DNA of 64,000 nt from NCBI GenBank assembly GCA_905331295.1, contig CAJNYD010000027.1, positions 1 through 64,000 of the forward strand. Direction: 5' to 3'. The stretch is from Rotaria socialis (taxonomy: Eukaryota). A program made the translations under genes and the position numbers. Under the pieces are notes generated by a model. The model saw only the letters and a program-made list of their open reading frames with translations, ran no database searches and was not told the origin of the DNA. Below, piece by piece: positions 27,339-41,366 of the stretch; the stretch's first letter is position 1; the number at the start of each line of letters is the position of its first letter.

Positions 27339-30182
27339 ATGACGATTATAAAACAAAAGGTTTATTTGCATAGGAGAGGTAAATGGAAAAAATAAAATAA
27401 AGAATATACAAGAATGAAATTTTGCTAGACACCGTGTTACTTCAGGTCAGATCAATATGGAGAGGAATATTTTTAATAGAAAAAAATCTAACGTGTGTAA
27501 TTATTTGTTTTATTTTAATTTTCTTATTAAAATCTTTTGAATTTAGTTATCTTTTCAGACTTGGAACGCCAAACGAGCGAGTACTTCGCTACCGTCCATG
27601 TCTGTTATTGGATCAGCTCAACCAGACGTTGTGAGAATAAAAGTTTATGTGAGAAAACGTTTTTTTGTCGGCTTAATTATTTGTTTTTCACTTTAAAAAA
27701 ATTCTAGAAACCGAATATTAATGTAAACGATCAAGGTCATGAAGTAGGATCATCGAAAAAATTTTGCATTGATCCCCGTTTAACAACTTATCAAACGTTA
27801 CAGTGCTTAATTGCTCAAGCATTTGATATTAAATCAGATTTTACAATACACGCCATACATAAATGTACAAAGAGTGGCCGAGAACAAGTAACGGCTATTT
27901 GGTCCGATTGGGATCTTGATGCATCAATACAAACTGTTCAACCAGGTTCATATTTAAGATTACGATATGAAATAACTCCTCGAGAAGAAGGTAACAGATT
28001 AAATTATATTTTGTTGTTTAATGAAAGTTTTCTTGTATTTTTGTTAGGTCTCGATGATTGGGATTTTATTGGATTAAATGATTTCAATGCAAATATTCGT
28101 TGGTTTAATGTTGATAGCCGATCGATTATTGCAACCGTAAATCAAACAGCTGGAAAAGCAGCTTCAGCTTTGAATAAAGCCATCAGTAAGACTCGAAGGC
28201 TTTTCTTCGATATTGATGATATAAATTTTTTAGATTGGATGTATGGAGGAGGGAATGAACGACACAATTCAAGACCAGTGAATGAAAGTGATATGAAAAG
28301 ATTTCTTGATCCTGAAGGACGTCTTATACATATAAATGAGTTACGACAAGCTATATTTGAAGGTGGTGTTGAACCAGCCTATCGGAAAGTTGTATGGCGT
28401 CATTTGTTAAACATCTTTCCACCAAATATGACTGGTCTTGAACGTATTGCCTATCTTAAATGTGTAGAAATTAAATATAGAAAGTTCGTAATCATATTTG
28501 CAGACGAAATATATTTTGAATGTTGTTTTATTTTATTAGATTAAAAAAACGATGGACAGATGAACAACATCAAAACGAACATACTCGAGTTATTATGCGT
28601 ACGATAGAAAAAGATGTTTCTCGAACTGATCGATCCTTTGGTTTCTATGCTGATTCTGGTTATGGTTCTGTTAATGTCCGATCTCTATTTCATATTCTCA
28701 CAACTTATTGTATTAGTCATCCAAATGTTACCTATAACCAAGGTTTGAATATATTACTGTTTCTTTTAACTTCTCCAGTGAGATTTGAATAGCAGCACTT
28801 AAGATAAATATTTAATTTAAGAATAATAAATAAATTTCAATTAGTCATTAATGAAGATGTTGTCAGTTTTATAAAGGATGTACAAGTGAGCGTGTGAACA
28901 GATTTGTCTACTTCCTTATCTTCGGAAAATAATTTTAATTTTTCTATACTAAAACAACTGAAATTGAAATATATCGAGAGAAAATTTTTCTGGTTTCTTA
29001 TGTCTTCTTTTATATGTAAAAATTGATTTTTCTGATTACTTTCAGGCATGAATGATTATGCTTCGACAATTTTATATGTAATGCGCGAAGAATCATTAGC
29101 ATATGTATGTTTTTGTTCGCTTATGAAACGTATTCAAGTCAATTTTGCTACGGATGGTGTAGCTATAGCAACGAAACTTCATCATCTTAAAACGCTTCTA
29201 AGAGCTATTGATCCTGTTTATTGGAATTTTCTTGAATCTTGTGATGCAGGTAAATTATATAGCTAAAGAATTCTGTAGAGTTGACAAATTAAATTATTTA
29301 AAATTATTTTTTGTTTGATCATTTTTAGTCAATCTTTATTTTACTTATCGATGGTTATTACTCGAATGTAAACGTGAATTTCCATTTAATGATGCTTTAC
29401 GTGTACTTGAAGTAATGTGGGCAACATTACCAATCGATAATGAACCACCACAACTCAGCGATATATGTTTAATAACTTCACCATCGGATACATTGATTTC
29501 TGATAATTTATCTAACGAAGCAAGTCAACAAATACAACGTCGTGCACTGAGTTGTCCACCCTTATCAGTCATGGATGAGTCGAGCACTTGTAAATATAGA
29601 CATCGTTCGTCATCATTAACTTATATTAGTAGAGACGAATTATTATCTACTTTACAAGACCATGAACGACGCGATAGTAATGTAACTTTGGATAATGATG
29701 AATATAATTTCACCACTAGGAATTTAAATGCTTCGTGGGCGAAATCAAGAGGGAAAAGTTTAGAAAACTCATATTCACTTAGTGAAATATCTGAATTTGA
29801 TATGAACAATTTATCGACACTGTCTTGTAATGATTCTATGACTACTCCGACAAACGCAGTTGCTAGTGCAGCTGTACCGACACAATATTCAGCAACAGCT
29901 AATTGGATACAACGCTTACTCAGTGATAATACAACGTGGCTTGAAGAAGAAAATTTATTTTTACTTTTTCTTTGTGTCTCGATACTATTAGCTCATCGTA
30001 ATTTATTATTGAAACAAATGAATCTTGATGAACAAGAAATAGCCGTATATTTTGATCGTTTTCGTCGTCGTCACAATGGTGAAAGAATCCTATCATATGC
30101 ACGTTCATTATATGCTCAATATATACAATGGGCAAGGAAAAAACGTATGCTTGATGATCTCAATAATTTTTCACCCAATTAA
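27339..30182 (+). CDS. TBC1D25: TBC1 domain family member 25 (Rab GAP); start exon uncertain
   Basis: N-terminal VVRIKV...FCIDPRLTTYQTLQCLIAQAFD...SDWDLD; LIR-like DDWDFI; TBC motifs GGVEPAYRKVVWRHLL, IEKDVSRTDR, YNQGMND, YRWLLLECKREF; C-terminal FLLFLCVSILL. Confidence 0.9.
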
Positions 30183-31988
30183 TTATTCATACAGTGGGTT
30201 TCTTTGGTTCCATGTAGTAATTATTATTATTATTATTATTATCACTATTGTTTTCTTTTTCTTTTCCAACTGTGTACTATTATTCTATTTGGCTCGCTGT
30301 TTATTTATTTTTGCCATTTTGATAGAGAATTTGGTGTCAGGGTAACCAATAAACGATTACAACATAAATTTGTGAGATGAGACAGTTACAGTATTGCTTG
30401 GGTTTGTTTTACTGCATAAATTAAATTGTAATTATATATGTTTATGTATATATATATATATATCAATAAATGGTAGTTCCACAGATTTCTTTGCATTAAT
30501 TAGAATTTCTCATTGTCATTCATTATGGAACGTTCGATGAATTATTTCTAAAGTGCTAACTTTATTGATAAAAATCAATTGATTTTTGAGTCAAGATTTC
30601 GAAAAAGATTCATGCGCAGAATGCAAATCTCTCTCTGAAGATGCGTCTTGTCTCTTTTTACCATGCTGTTTTAAGTCATAAAATATCATGCGATTGAACA
30701 TTTTAGTTAAAATAAAAATATTGTCAACTACATGCACAATGAATATTATTTTTTGTTGTATTAGTGACCTGTATATGAACAAATTCATATTGGTTGTTGT
30801 TTCTTCTTCCGTTTAACATGTTTTCACCAATACTTATGATTATCACTACTTTCAAAGGCTACACACATATTCTACGTAGGTTTGAGTTTTTCTCTGAGCA
30901 GCAACATTACGGTCATTAGCAGTGTGATCTTCTATGTAATATTATTTCATGAAACAACAAAGGAATTTAACTGAGTTCTTTCAAGAAAAAGGAAACCGAT
31001 GGCAGAACTTCTGTCGCAGAAGTTTGATTGTATGGAAATGCAATGTAGTATCATATTGAAGATTTACGTTTATTATTCATTGAGTTTTATGATGTGGAAT
31101 AGTTCTAATATATTCTGGATCAAATTCTTTGTATATTTAACAGAAGAATTTTATTTTGCATAAATATTCATCTTTTTTAAACATATGGTTTGAACCTGAG
31201 CAGTACGAGTTTCAAGAAACAACTGCTTTATAATGAAATTCCTACTTCATCAATCAAGGCCCATTCATAATCATCGTAATTTAGTGACTTTCATGTCAAT
31301 CCATTTTATACAATACGAGTAAAGCAGTTGTTCTGCTCGAAGCCTTAGTTTTGATATCCATTCAATTGTTACTTAGCTTATAGATTTAAATGAAATTTTA
31401 GAATTAGAAAAATTTGTTAAAATAATCACTTTTGTATTATTTTAAGCGTAAAAAAATGTATTCTTATCATTTACAATGGAAATTATTGATATATCATCAT
31501 AATTCATTACGAAAAAATGTTTCATACCTTCAGATTTTGTATTACAAACAAAACATAAACGGATTTAACTATTGAAATTAAGGTTCTTCTCAGTGTTTCT
31601 AGTTTGAATTTCAATGCGAAAATTATGCTACGAAAAAATAAACAATTTAAATGCGTCAGTCAATGAATAACAGCTAATGATTTATTCATGAAAAATATAT
31701 GATTCTCATCTTTCCTCTATGGATGTGTTTTTGTCAACGTAAGAAATCGAAACATTGCTGTTATCTATTTTTTTACTCTAATCTAAGTACTCTGTCATGT
31801 GCAATTAAAACTTAAATTGTTTAACTCATTTCTTATCGTGCGAGAAAATGAGTCAGTTAGGCTAAACATTTATGCAATGACACCCTGGAGTATATAACAT
31901 GCATGTCTTCTTGAATTTCTTCATTCGTTTCAGTTTCTATTAACTAATCTTCACTACAACAGTGTAACCAGCTTAACATCTGAGCGGA

Positions 31989-32240
31989 ATGGGTCACGAA
32001 CATTCACACCACCATCATCATCCTCATCATTATCCTCATCATCCACCTCATTATCCAGCGCCTACTCAATTTCCACATCATCATATACCACCACCAGTGC
32101 CGCAATATTATCCACCTTCAGTGCCACAGTACTGTCCACCACCATCAGTGTCTCCATATTGTCCACCACCACCACCACCATCATTTGATCATCATCATCA
32201 TGGTCATCATGGTCATCACGGTCATCACGGTCATCATTGA
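31989..32240 (+). CDS. Small His- and Pro-rich protein, 83 aa, single exon
   Basis: Clean ORF with strongly biased composition (His termini, PQY(Y/C)PP core) and a TATA-like gtatataa about 100 bp upstream. Confidence 0.65.
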   Translation: MGHEHSHHHHHPHHYPHHPPHYPAPTQFPHHHIPPPVPQYYPPSVPQYCPPPSVSPYCPPPPPPSFDHHHHGHHGHHGHHGHH

Positions 32241-35055
32241 AGACTTTTTACAACAACGTTTATGCAAGGCTGATGTTGCTAATTATTTTGTTTTATAATG
32301 AATGCATATTGTTTTTGAAAAAGTATATATATATTTATAAAATGATGCCATAGAACTGTTATTTATATTTAAATCATTTTTTGAGAATGAATACAAGAAC
32401 AAAATCTTCTTAACTCATGTTGTTCTTATCAACGATGTTCATTTCTTTTGCAACGCTCCACCTGCATGAGATAATATTTTCTTGTTTTTTTTTGTGTCAT
32501 TCTTATCGAATTACTCGGTAAGAGATACTCTGTCTGAAACACAGAAAAATTACCTCTAATAAAACTGAGATAAAAACTATAGAGTTCACAAGCAATACAG
32601 AGAAAATATTTTATCGCTTAAAAAACATTTCTTTACTGTACGATGGTGCTCAATTATTTTCTATCGCCATATATAGTTGCCCATGGGTGACAATTAGTTA
32701 TAGAATCGAATTTTCAAATGCAGAATCAACATCTAGATTATTTTTCTTACTATTTTATTTATAGCTTTTATCAGAGGGTACTCTTCTTTTCACACAAGGA
32801 TGTATAAAGATAAAATTTCTATAGAACATTCCTTGAAAAGTCGTCAAATCATTGACGTCATACTGCAACAGAGAAGAATTCATACATTTTTGTTCTATTA
32901 CCAGAAACACCTTGGACATCGCGACACTCATATTGTGAGTATCTAGTGTCACCAGCGTTGAATGTCAATCTAGTGAAAACGGACTGATCCACCTACCGAA
33001 TCGTTCAGAAGTAGAACAACATACAACAAATCAAAGTAACATTCAATGGACAGCTTTAAACAAGTTTAATAGACAGACTTTTTAGGCTTTTCTTGTTTAT
33101 GCTTCTTGGTAGTCAACCTATGATCTATTAGTAAACATTAGAGTTTTATAAAATTCTAGCCATGTGCTTATCGAATGTATACTAGTTTTACATATTAAAC
33201 AAACAGTACTAATAATATGCAAAGATACAAAATCTAATATTCCAGAATTCCTTCTACGAACTATTGCTGAACAATTTATTATTGCTTGAATTTAAGATTA
33301 CAAAGAATGTCATGAGATGAAAACAGCGACTAAATAAATTCTTGATTTCCGAGGGGTTTTATCTTGAACTCAAAAATTTTTTCCAATGAATAGTTAAGCT
33401 TTTCGATCGCATGGTGTGTAAAGAATCAGTGACACAGTAGAGCAACCAAGCGTGAACTAGACAGATGAAGTAACAGTATGATGCGCAATTATTTTAATTA
33501 GTCTATTGTTAAATACGTAATAATCAATATTTTTATGAATAAAAGAACAATATAGATAAAAGAACGTATACTCTAGTAATGAATTGTTCAATCTCATGGA
33601 TTAAAATGTTCTATAGAATATATTGATATCGAATTTTCCGTATCAAAACTAACTCGATCTGTATCTTCCATATATGTGTTAGGTGATAGAGGTCGCCTAT
33701 TTAGTAACCACGAGCATATCACTCATTGGTACGAAAACACGATAAATCATTGTGCTTGTTGATCACTATCAAATAAATATGTCATTTCTTGAAACTGTAC
33801 CATCATTAATTGAATATAGAAAATTATTATGGAAAATAGCAAACTTAATAGCGATATATATTAGCATTGCTAAATTTTTGTTACCAATTTTGTATCATTT
33901 TTCCTTAAAATTTGAGTCTGTTTTAACAGACTTCTAATTGACAATCCATACAAATTATTCGAAATTTATTATTGTGGTTTGTTTATTTGTCAAAACCTTA
34001 CTTGATAAATTAAAATGAGATTTTTATGATAGTAGTAATACACATCCTATTCACGTAATATGAATATATGTTAATTATTCTCAATCGTATATTAATATCG
34101 TCGAAAAATAATTTAAACATTAAATGTGATTAGAATACAATTTATCTATGACTACATACTTCAATATCTTCTCCAACGTGTGCATATATCTGAAACTGAT
34201 AGTTTGAAAAAAAATGTTACAAACGATTTTGTTGGCATAGAACACAACCATCTTGGTAATTATTCAAATAGATTAAAAAAATTTTTTCCCTATGTAAATA
34301 ACTACGAGTAGATTGATTACCAAAACTAAATGATATATGAGAGCTAAAACTTTCAACAAAAACAATTCTAATTAAACTCATGAGTCGTTGATTGTTAAAA
34401 ACAAATATATTCGTTTTGAGGTGTCGATGATAGCTAAGTACATTATAGATAATTATTTGCAATATAGATCGTTTCTTCACTATTGAGTAGAGTGAGAGTA
34501 ATCAAGAGACAAGTCAATCTATATAGAGTAAATATCATCATGTAAAGATTTAAATTAATATTTAACAAGGATTAAATGTCGTCAGCAATTATAGAGTTCT
34601 TCTTTGGAAACCTTTTATATCATGTAACACGTAATATTCATCATCAAACCGAACTAAGAAAGATAAAAAATGTTGAAAATCAAATAGATAAATAAATGAT
34701 CCATCATTTTAGATTTCTGTATCATCATCAATTCAAATATTAATCTTGTTCTTGTCGATGACAATAAATAGAAATGCATTTCAAATATATACATAGATCA
34801 ATAATTACTTTTGATTTCATTGTTTGTGTCGAATTCTGAAAATCATGGAAAATATTTCCGAATCAATATTAAAACAAACTATTGTAATGGCAGATATTCT
34901 TTTCAGTAAGTAATCTTTTGTATTTTAAATTAAAAGTGTTTTTTCCTAGGATGTCTAATTTAGATAGAAGAATTAATAAATACTATGTAAAACTAAGTGT
35001 TTATTTAAATGAAAAACAAAGCGGGAAATGGAAGAAGTTTTTCTTTTCATAAATT

Positions 35056-36352
35056 ATGATTTCGAATATTTATCCATCGAACCGTATTGTCTCTACGAAT
35101 CAATGTTGTATTTGCCAACAAGCTTTTCTATTTGGTGCATTAGTTCTTCGTTATAGTGATATTGGCACTAGGACGTATATGTATTATCATCCAACATGTT
35201 TACAATGCATAAAATGTCAGAGAAAATTTTTGAAAGACGATAAAAATTTTTTTAATATGATTTATTATTCTGGAAAATTTCGTTTTGATCAAGTTCTATG
35301 CGATCAATGTAGATTGAACATTTTAACAAAACATCCATTAGAAGAAGAAACTTTCGTGAAAGAAAAAAGTAATAAAACAAATTCATACAGATCGTATTTA
35401 TTTTGCCAAAAAGTTCTTTTTTTGTGTTATGAAACGTTTTTATTTTATTTTTTCAGATTTAATAAAGCCGATGTACACGATTATGGTCAATTATTATTTG
35501 AACGTTTTACGCATCGATATAAAGTTGACCATCAAGAAATTGATTTAAAAACCGATGATGACAATTATCATGGATCCTGTTATGGTCACGATGTCATTGA
35601 TATCAGAAAACTGAATGATTGTGTATGTATTTTTTTAAAGTTACAAACGAACACGCAGAAATGCCTGTAAAAATTGAAGTGCGTCAGAAATGTTCACGTA
35701 GATAATGACTTAGAATTCTTTTGTTTTTGATATAGCATGAAATAATCGTAAAAACATTCAATTTGTTCAGCAATAAAATAATATTGTAAAAATTTCGCAC
35801 ATTATATCGAGCATCCAGAGATTTTATCCTTTTTATATATTTCAGTATTTGTCGAATTTTACAATTTTGTTTAAATCTAATTTTCTCTTGGAGAAACATT
35901 GTTCAAGTTTTTTTTTCTTCTGTAAGTAACTCGACACATTCTATAGAGTTACGAAAAAATAAAGAATTTACTTTGAACAAAATCATAATCACGAATTTAT
36001 GATATTTTCGTTTTATTACATGATTTCTATTTAGAAAAAATCTGATTTAAATACGTCTTTGACATGTTGTCAAAAGGATTGGAGTGGCATTGATAATATA
36101 AATATTAAACAATGTGTCCGCTGTCACAAGACTTTTACTCGATTTGATATTTATCAAACATTGAATCATACTAAACATTATTGTAATATATGTTGGATAT
36201 ATCAAAAAGAATTCGTAATTAAAAATGAAAAACAATCTTCATTTATTCGATGCAATTTATGTGGACAACTTTTGTTAGATCAACTTACAGATGATATTAT
36301 TGCGATGAACTTTGTTCATCCAAAGTGTTTGGAGAAACATTTAGATGAATAA
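35056..36352 (+). CDS. LIM-like multi-zinc-finger protein, three or more exons; true start may be upstream
   Basis: CCIC...HPTC..CIKC...CDQC fits a LIM-type ligand pattern. The last exon has CVRC, CNIC, CNLC and HPKC. GT-AG introns join in frame. Confidence 0.6.
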
Positions 36353-36473
36353 TACGCACATTTTATTTTAAAAAAGACTTATGCCTTGAAAACAAAAAAT
36401 TAATGAGATTTTCGATTTTCTTTCAGATTATTTTAACTGAAAAGAAATATAAGGCCTGTATCATAGATGTAAA

Positions 36474-37866
36474 ATGGATCGTCTTGCACTTTTTCAATTC
36501 GGTTTACTTTTACTAGCTGTGCCGTTACAATATTTCATATTAATGAAATGGTCTTCCAAAGATATTGAACAAGCCCAAGCGATGAATAAGTACTATCCTT
36601 TCTTTTATTAGGGGTAGATATTTTGAATTGATACTTTCCATTTTCTAGAATTACAAATCAAATTAATCAAATGTTTCATTATTTATCTCCAAGTACATGG
36701 TTTAATTGGTTCATTAGTTTTGTTATTGAAGTGCCACTTGGATTTAACCCACTTTTACATAGGCGTACATGGAGACGTGGGATTGAGTCTCCTGCTACAG
36801 AAGTTTACCATGTCAGAGAAAAATATGGATATTTTGCGAGTAATTTACTTGTTTTTTTGTTATGATTTATGAATCATGAGGCCATTTTCTTCACTATAGC
36901 ATCGCCAGCGATTCGATCCTATCGATCTGAATATGTTCAATATCGAGTTGGTCAAGTTATTCGACATAAACTCTATGGTTATCGTGCCGTAATTATTGGT
37001 TGGGATGAAATAGCTTCTGCGCCAGACCAATGGCTCGATGAACACCATCAAGATCATCCAGTTAATCTAGACTAATCAATTTTCATAAAAGAGAATCATT
37101 TTTTTTAACTATCTAGGAATATAGAAAACAACCCAATTACTCAGTATTACTTGATACAAGAGATCGACATGCTCATAAAACTTATATACCACAAGAACAT
37201 ATTGAAGTTATCAAACATACAAAGGTTTGTTGATTGAACATTAATTTGAACAGAAAAATAATACTTTGAACAAAAACGAACAGATAGTAACATGAAAGAT
37301 TTCACGTTCTATTACTCACATTTGCATCGAGTCTATCGTGTCAATTCTAATGAGTTTATAATGTGAAGATTCCAAATTGTTTCCTTGATCCTATCGTGAG
37401 AAACAGTTACATTGCAATCTTATTGTTTTTTATATTGCTCATAAAATATCAACAGATATAAAACTCTGATGTCAGAAAATGACTCAATTATAAGACTTGA
37501 AACTTTGACAATGAATTACTTACATGAGAATCTGTCTCAAGTCGAAGCTTTCCTTATTTTCCTGAGGCACCTTGGAGCATTGACATGAAGCATACTGTAA
37601 AAATACAGCATCTCAGCAGTAATAAACCCCGAAAACTAAATTTGTTCGATGCTATATCGAACTGAAGTAATTCATATTGTCTCCACTCAAAAGTAATGAG
37701 CCACTCACTGAACTTTTACGTCTCAAGTTTTAATTAAATATCTGCTATGATGTTTTTTCTTCTGCTTTAGATCGTCAATGCCCAATGGAGCGAATATTTT
37801 ACTCACTTTGATGGTGTTCAATATATAATGCAACCGTGGCTACAAGAGCAATATCCCAAAGATTGA
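36474..37866 (+). CDS. YccV/HspQ-like (hemimethylated DNA-binding-like) domain protein with an N-terminal hydrophobic segment
   Basis: YRVGQVIRHKLYGYRAVIIGWD...QPNYSVLLDTRD...TYIPQEHI...YFTHFDGVQY...WLQEQYPKD* matches the YccV-like domain also found in FBXO21. Confidence 0.85.
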
Positions 37867-38017
37867 CAAGTTGATCTTATTGTTTTAATTGAACAGTTTG
37901 TTTGTGTTTTTTCCTTGTTATTTTGTGTATGTTTATTCAAATATATAAACTCAAAATATTGATAAAATATTTAAATAAAAAGTTTTGGTATAAATCTATG
38001 TGCTTTAGTTTAGTTCA

Positions 38018-40292
38018 ATGGCTACTAAACCAATTTTTGTTATTGATAATGGAGCATATATGTCGAAATCAACAATGAATACGACAGATAATCCAAGGTT
38101 CGAGTGATTTCTATAAGTAATTTAATTTTTTTTATAATCAAATTTTCAACATAGAATTGTTCCGAATTGCGTAATGAAATCGAAATTTTATCCGCGCCGT
38201 ACTTTCATTGCTGATCAAATTGACAATGAATGTCCAAATAAAACAAGTCTCTATTATCAATTACCATTGCAAAAAGTAAACGCAATCAATGCATTCAGCA
38301 ATTAGCACATGTACTTTAATTTTTGTTTTTATTTGAAGGGCTATTTAGTCGATTGGAATATTCAAAAACAAGTGTGGGATCATCTATTTGGCAAAGTAAA
38401 AGCTAGTTGTTTGTTTTATTAAACAAAACATAATCTTTTTTAGATACCATTCAAATCAACAGGTTTATTAATGACAGAGCCATATATGAATTTAAACTTT
38501 ATTCGAGAAACAATGGATCAAATATTTTTCGAAGAATATGAAGTTGCATCATTTGCACGATATGATCGTAAGATTATTTCTATGATAAAGATATAAAAGA
38601 ATAGCAATCATTCAAATTATCTATATTTTCAGCTGCTACATTAAGTGCATATCAGTATGAAAACGATACAAAATCTAATTATGTGCTTGTTGTTGATTCT
38701 GGTTTTTCATTTACACACATTGTTCCATTTCATCAAGGCAGAAAATTACTTGAGGGTATGACAAGGTAAATAGAAATTCATATACGAAATATTTCGATGA
38801 TGACATTTTCTACATTGAAGAATTGATGTTGGTGGGAAATTATTAACAAATCAACTAAAAAGTGTTATTTCCTATCGGTAAGAATATGGTTGAATAAATA
38901 GGTCTTTGATATAAGTGATATTGTATTTTCAACTTTAGGCAACTATTAGTCATGAATGAAACATATATTATTAATGAATTGAAAGAAAATGTATGCTTCG
39001 TTTCATTGGATTTTCAAGAAGACATGAGAAAAGCACGGTATGATATTTATTAATAGATTCTTTCAGTGAATGACACTGATCTTTCCTCAAGAGAAAATAG
39101 ATTTTTACGCAGTCTGCTGGTTTCAGAATTTACATTATGAACCGAGGTATTGATATAAGATATTATTTTTAAAAATAAATGATTTGCTATGAATAGCCCA
39201 AATTTACAGTGAGAAATTTATTAAATCATGAATCGGAGCTCGAAACAACAGATTTACCTTCGAACACTATTCCAGCAGTTCTGAACAGTGTCGAATATTT
39301 TCTTTGAATGTCTGACTACTATCTGTTATAGTCACAATACGAAATTAATTTCATTTGATTTCAGCTTACCATTAGGTGAAAATCCACATGCTATTGACTA
39401 TATCTTACCTGATTATAATGAAATCAAACAAGGTTATTTTCAGACTCCATCAGTTTCAACATCTAATATTTACAATGCAGATGGTTCAAAAAAGAGTTCA
39501 ACAAAGCAACAACAGGTAATTGCATTAAATATTTCATTGAGAGAACTGAACTGAAATTTCTTCTTCTTAGATTGTGCGAATGAACGTTGAACGTTTTACT
39601 ATTCCCGAAATACTTTTTCGACCATCAACGATTGGTATTGATCAAGCTGGAATCGCTGAATCTATTTATAATTCTGTTGAAGAATTACCTGAACGTATGT
39701 TAATGAATAAGTATACTTAATTAGAGTCATTTTCGGTCAGTCAGTAACATATTGCAGGATTATTGTAAATAGATACAAAAACAGATGAGTTACTAGTACT
39801 GTAAAAACAAAATCAACAATGCTCGGAAATATAAAATCTCACATTACCGACGTGATTACTCATGCATCTAATAATAAGAAATACTCTTAAACTTAGATAT
39901 TCGACCAAGTATGTACAATAATATTTTATTAACTGGTGGCAATTGCTTATTTCCAAATTTTAAAGAACGTTTGTAAGTTAAATATTTCCCTATTGATTTA
40001 TTAAAGCTCAATATATTATTTTCTTTCAGAGAAAATGAATTACGTTCTATGATTAATGATGATTATCCACTTCGAATAACACTGCCAGAGAAGTAAAAAA
40101 ATAAATATTTCCTATTTATCGATCTACAACAACAATCGACTTTTTGTTTTCTTTAGTCCAATAACACATGCATTAGATTCCGGAGTGAATTTAACAAATT
40201 CATCTGATTATGCAAATTATTGTGTGACTAAACGAGAATATGATGAACATGGTGTATCGATTTGTCATCGAAAATTTACAGATAGTTGTTGA
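38018..40292 (+). CDS. ACTR6: Actin-related protein 6, multi-exon
   Basis: VIDNGAYMSK, VPNCVMKSK, KGYLVDWNIQKQVWD, VVDSGFSFTHIVP, RIDVGGKLLTNQLK.VISYRQL.VMNETYIINELKE, DYILPDY, VTKREYDEHG. Confidence 0.93.
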
Positions 40293-40806
40293 ATATATTA
40301 TGTAATTGATTTATTTTTTTCTTATTGTTGTTAATAAAAATTGTCAGATATATAAGAAATAGAAATTAGTACGAAATCACTGTTCGCTTAATAAACGATT
40401 ATATAGAATACTTTGCATGCAATAAAACTGCTAATGACAACTTAGCAATGATATTCGAAAATTTTCGATTCAACATTCATTTTAGTTTCGTAATTTCTCA
40501 AATATTATTCATAAAAGAGAGTTCTATTAGCAAGATTTAATTTACTGTCAATTCGTTGAGTATAATGAAAGAACTAATATTTCAATGAGGATTTCAAAAA
40601 TCAAGATATATACGAATATTTTCGCTGTGAATAATTTCATTTTTCGATGATCAACAAACAGAAAAAAACTAAATATATAGATTTTTTTATTTTTGTTTTA
40701 TCTTTTTTATTCTTTTCGACTCAAAACAAATTTTGATGATGAAAACAATAACAAATTTGTCGAGTCGATGAATGTTAACCATTCCGATCGGTAATCGCTT
40801 TGATAT

Positions 40807-41366
40807 TTAGATTCGCGAAGGATAAAGCATCTAAAATGATACAAGCTAGAATTAATAACAAATAAATAAACAAGTTTAATACATACAATTCGAATTCGTC
40901 GTCCGATAGCTTTTGGTGGTAGATTACGACGGAATTTAGCTCGTACACCACCACTTTTACCATGTGCACGGGTAACTTTACCCCAAAGAATACGAACACG
41001 ATTTAAACGTTTTTGGCCAGGTACTAAAGTCTTGCTTAAAAAGACAGAAAGAAAAGATCGATGTAAAATGTTTCATTTAAAACAATGCACACTTACTTTT
41101 TAGCCTTGTATACATAAGCACAACGTTTACCTAAGTAAAAATTAGTTTCTCGTCGATTATTGACACCATCAAGTTTGAGTAAAGCAGTATTTTCGTGTTG
41201 ATTACGTTTACCACGTCGGAAACCAGTAAATACTGCTTTTACATAAAGACTAATAGAGACACGAAACGGTTATAAAAAGTGAAACATGACAATACGGCGA
41301 TTTTACATACCGGCCTTTCTTAATATATGCACCTTCCGGTTTTTCAACTTTCTTTGACAATGTCAT
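40807..41366 (-). CDS. RPL35A: 60S ribosomal protein L35a (eL33), four coding exons
   Basis: [30 protein letters not shown]...[13 protein letters not shown]...[40 protein letters not shown]. Confidence 0.97.

Noticed and set aside
33650..34700. Coding-like fragments, possibly a decayed gene
   Set aside because: No motif could be assigned and the frames are heavily interrupted.
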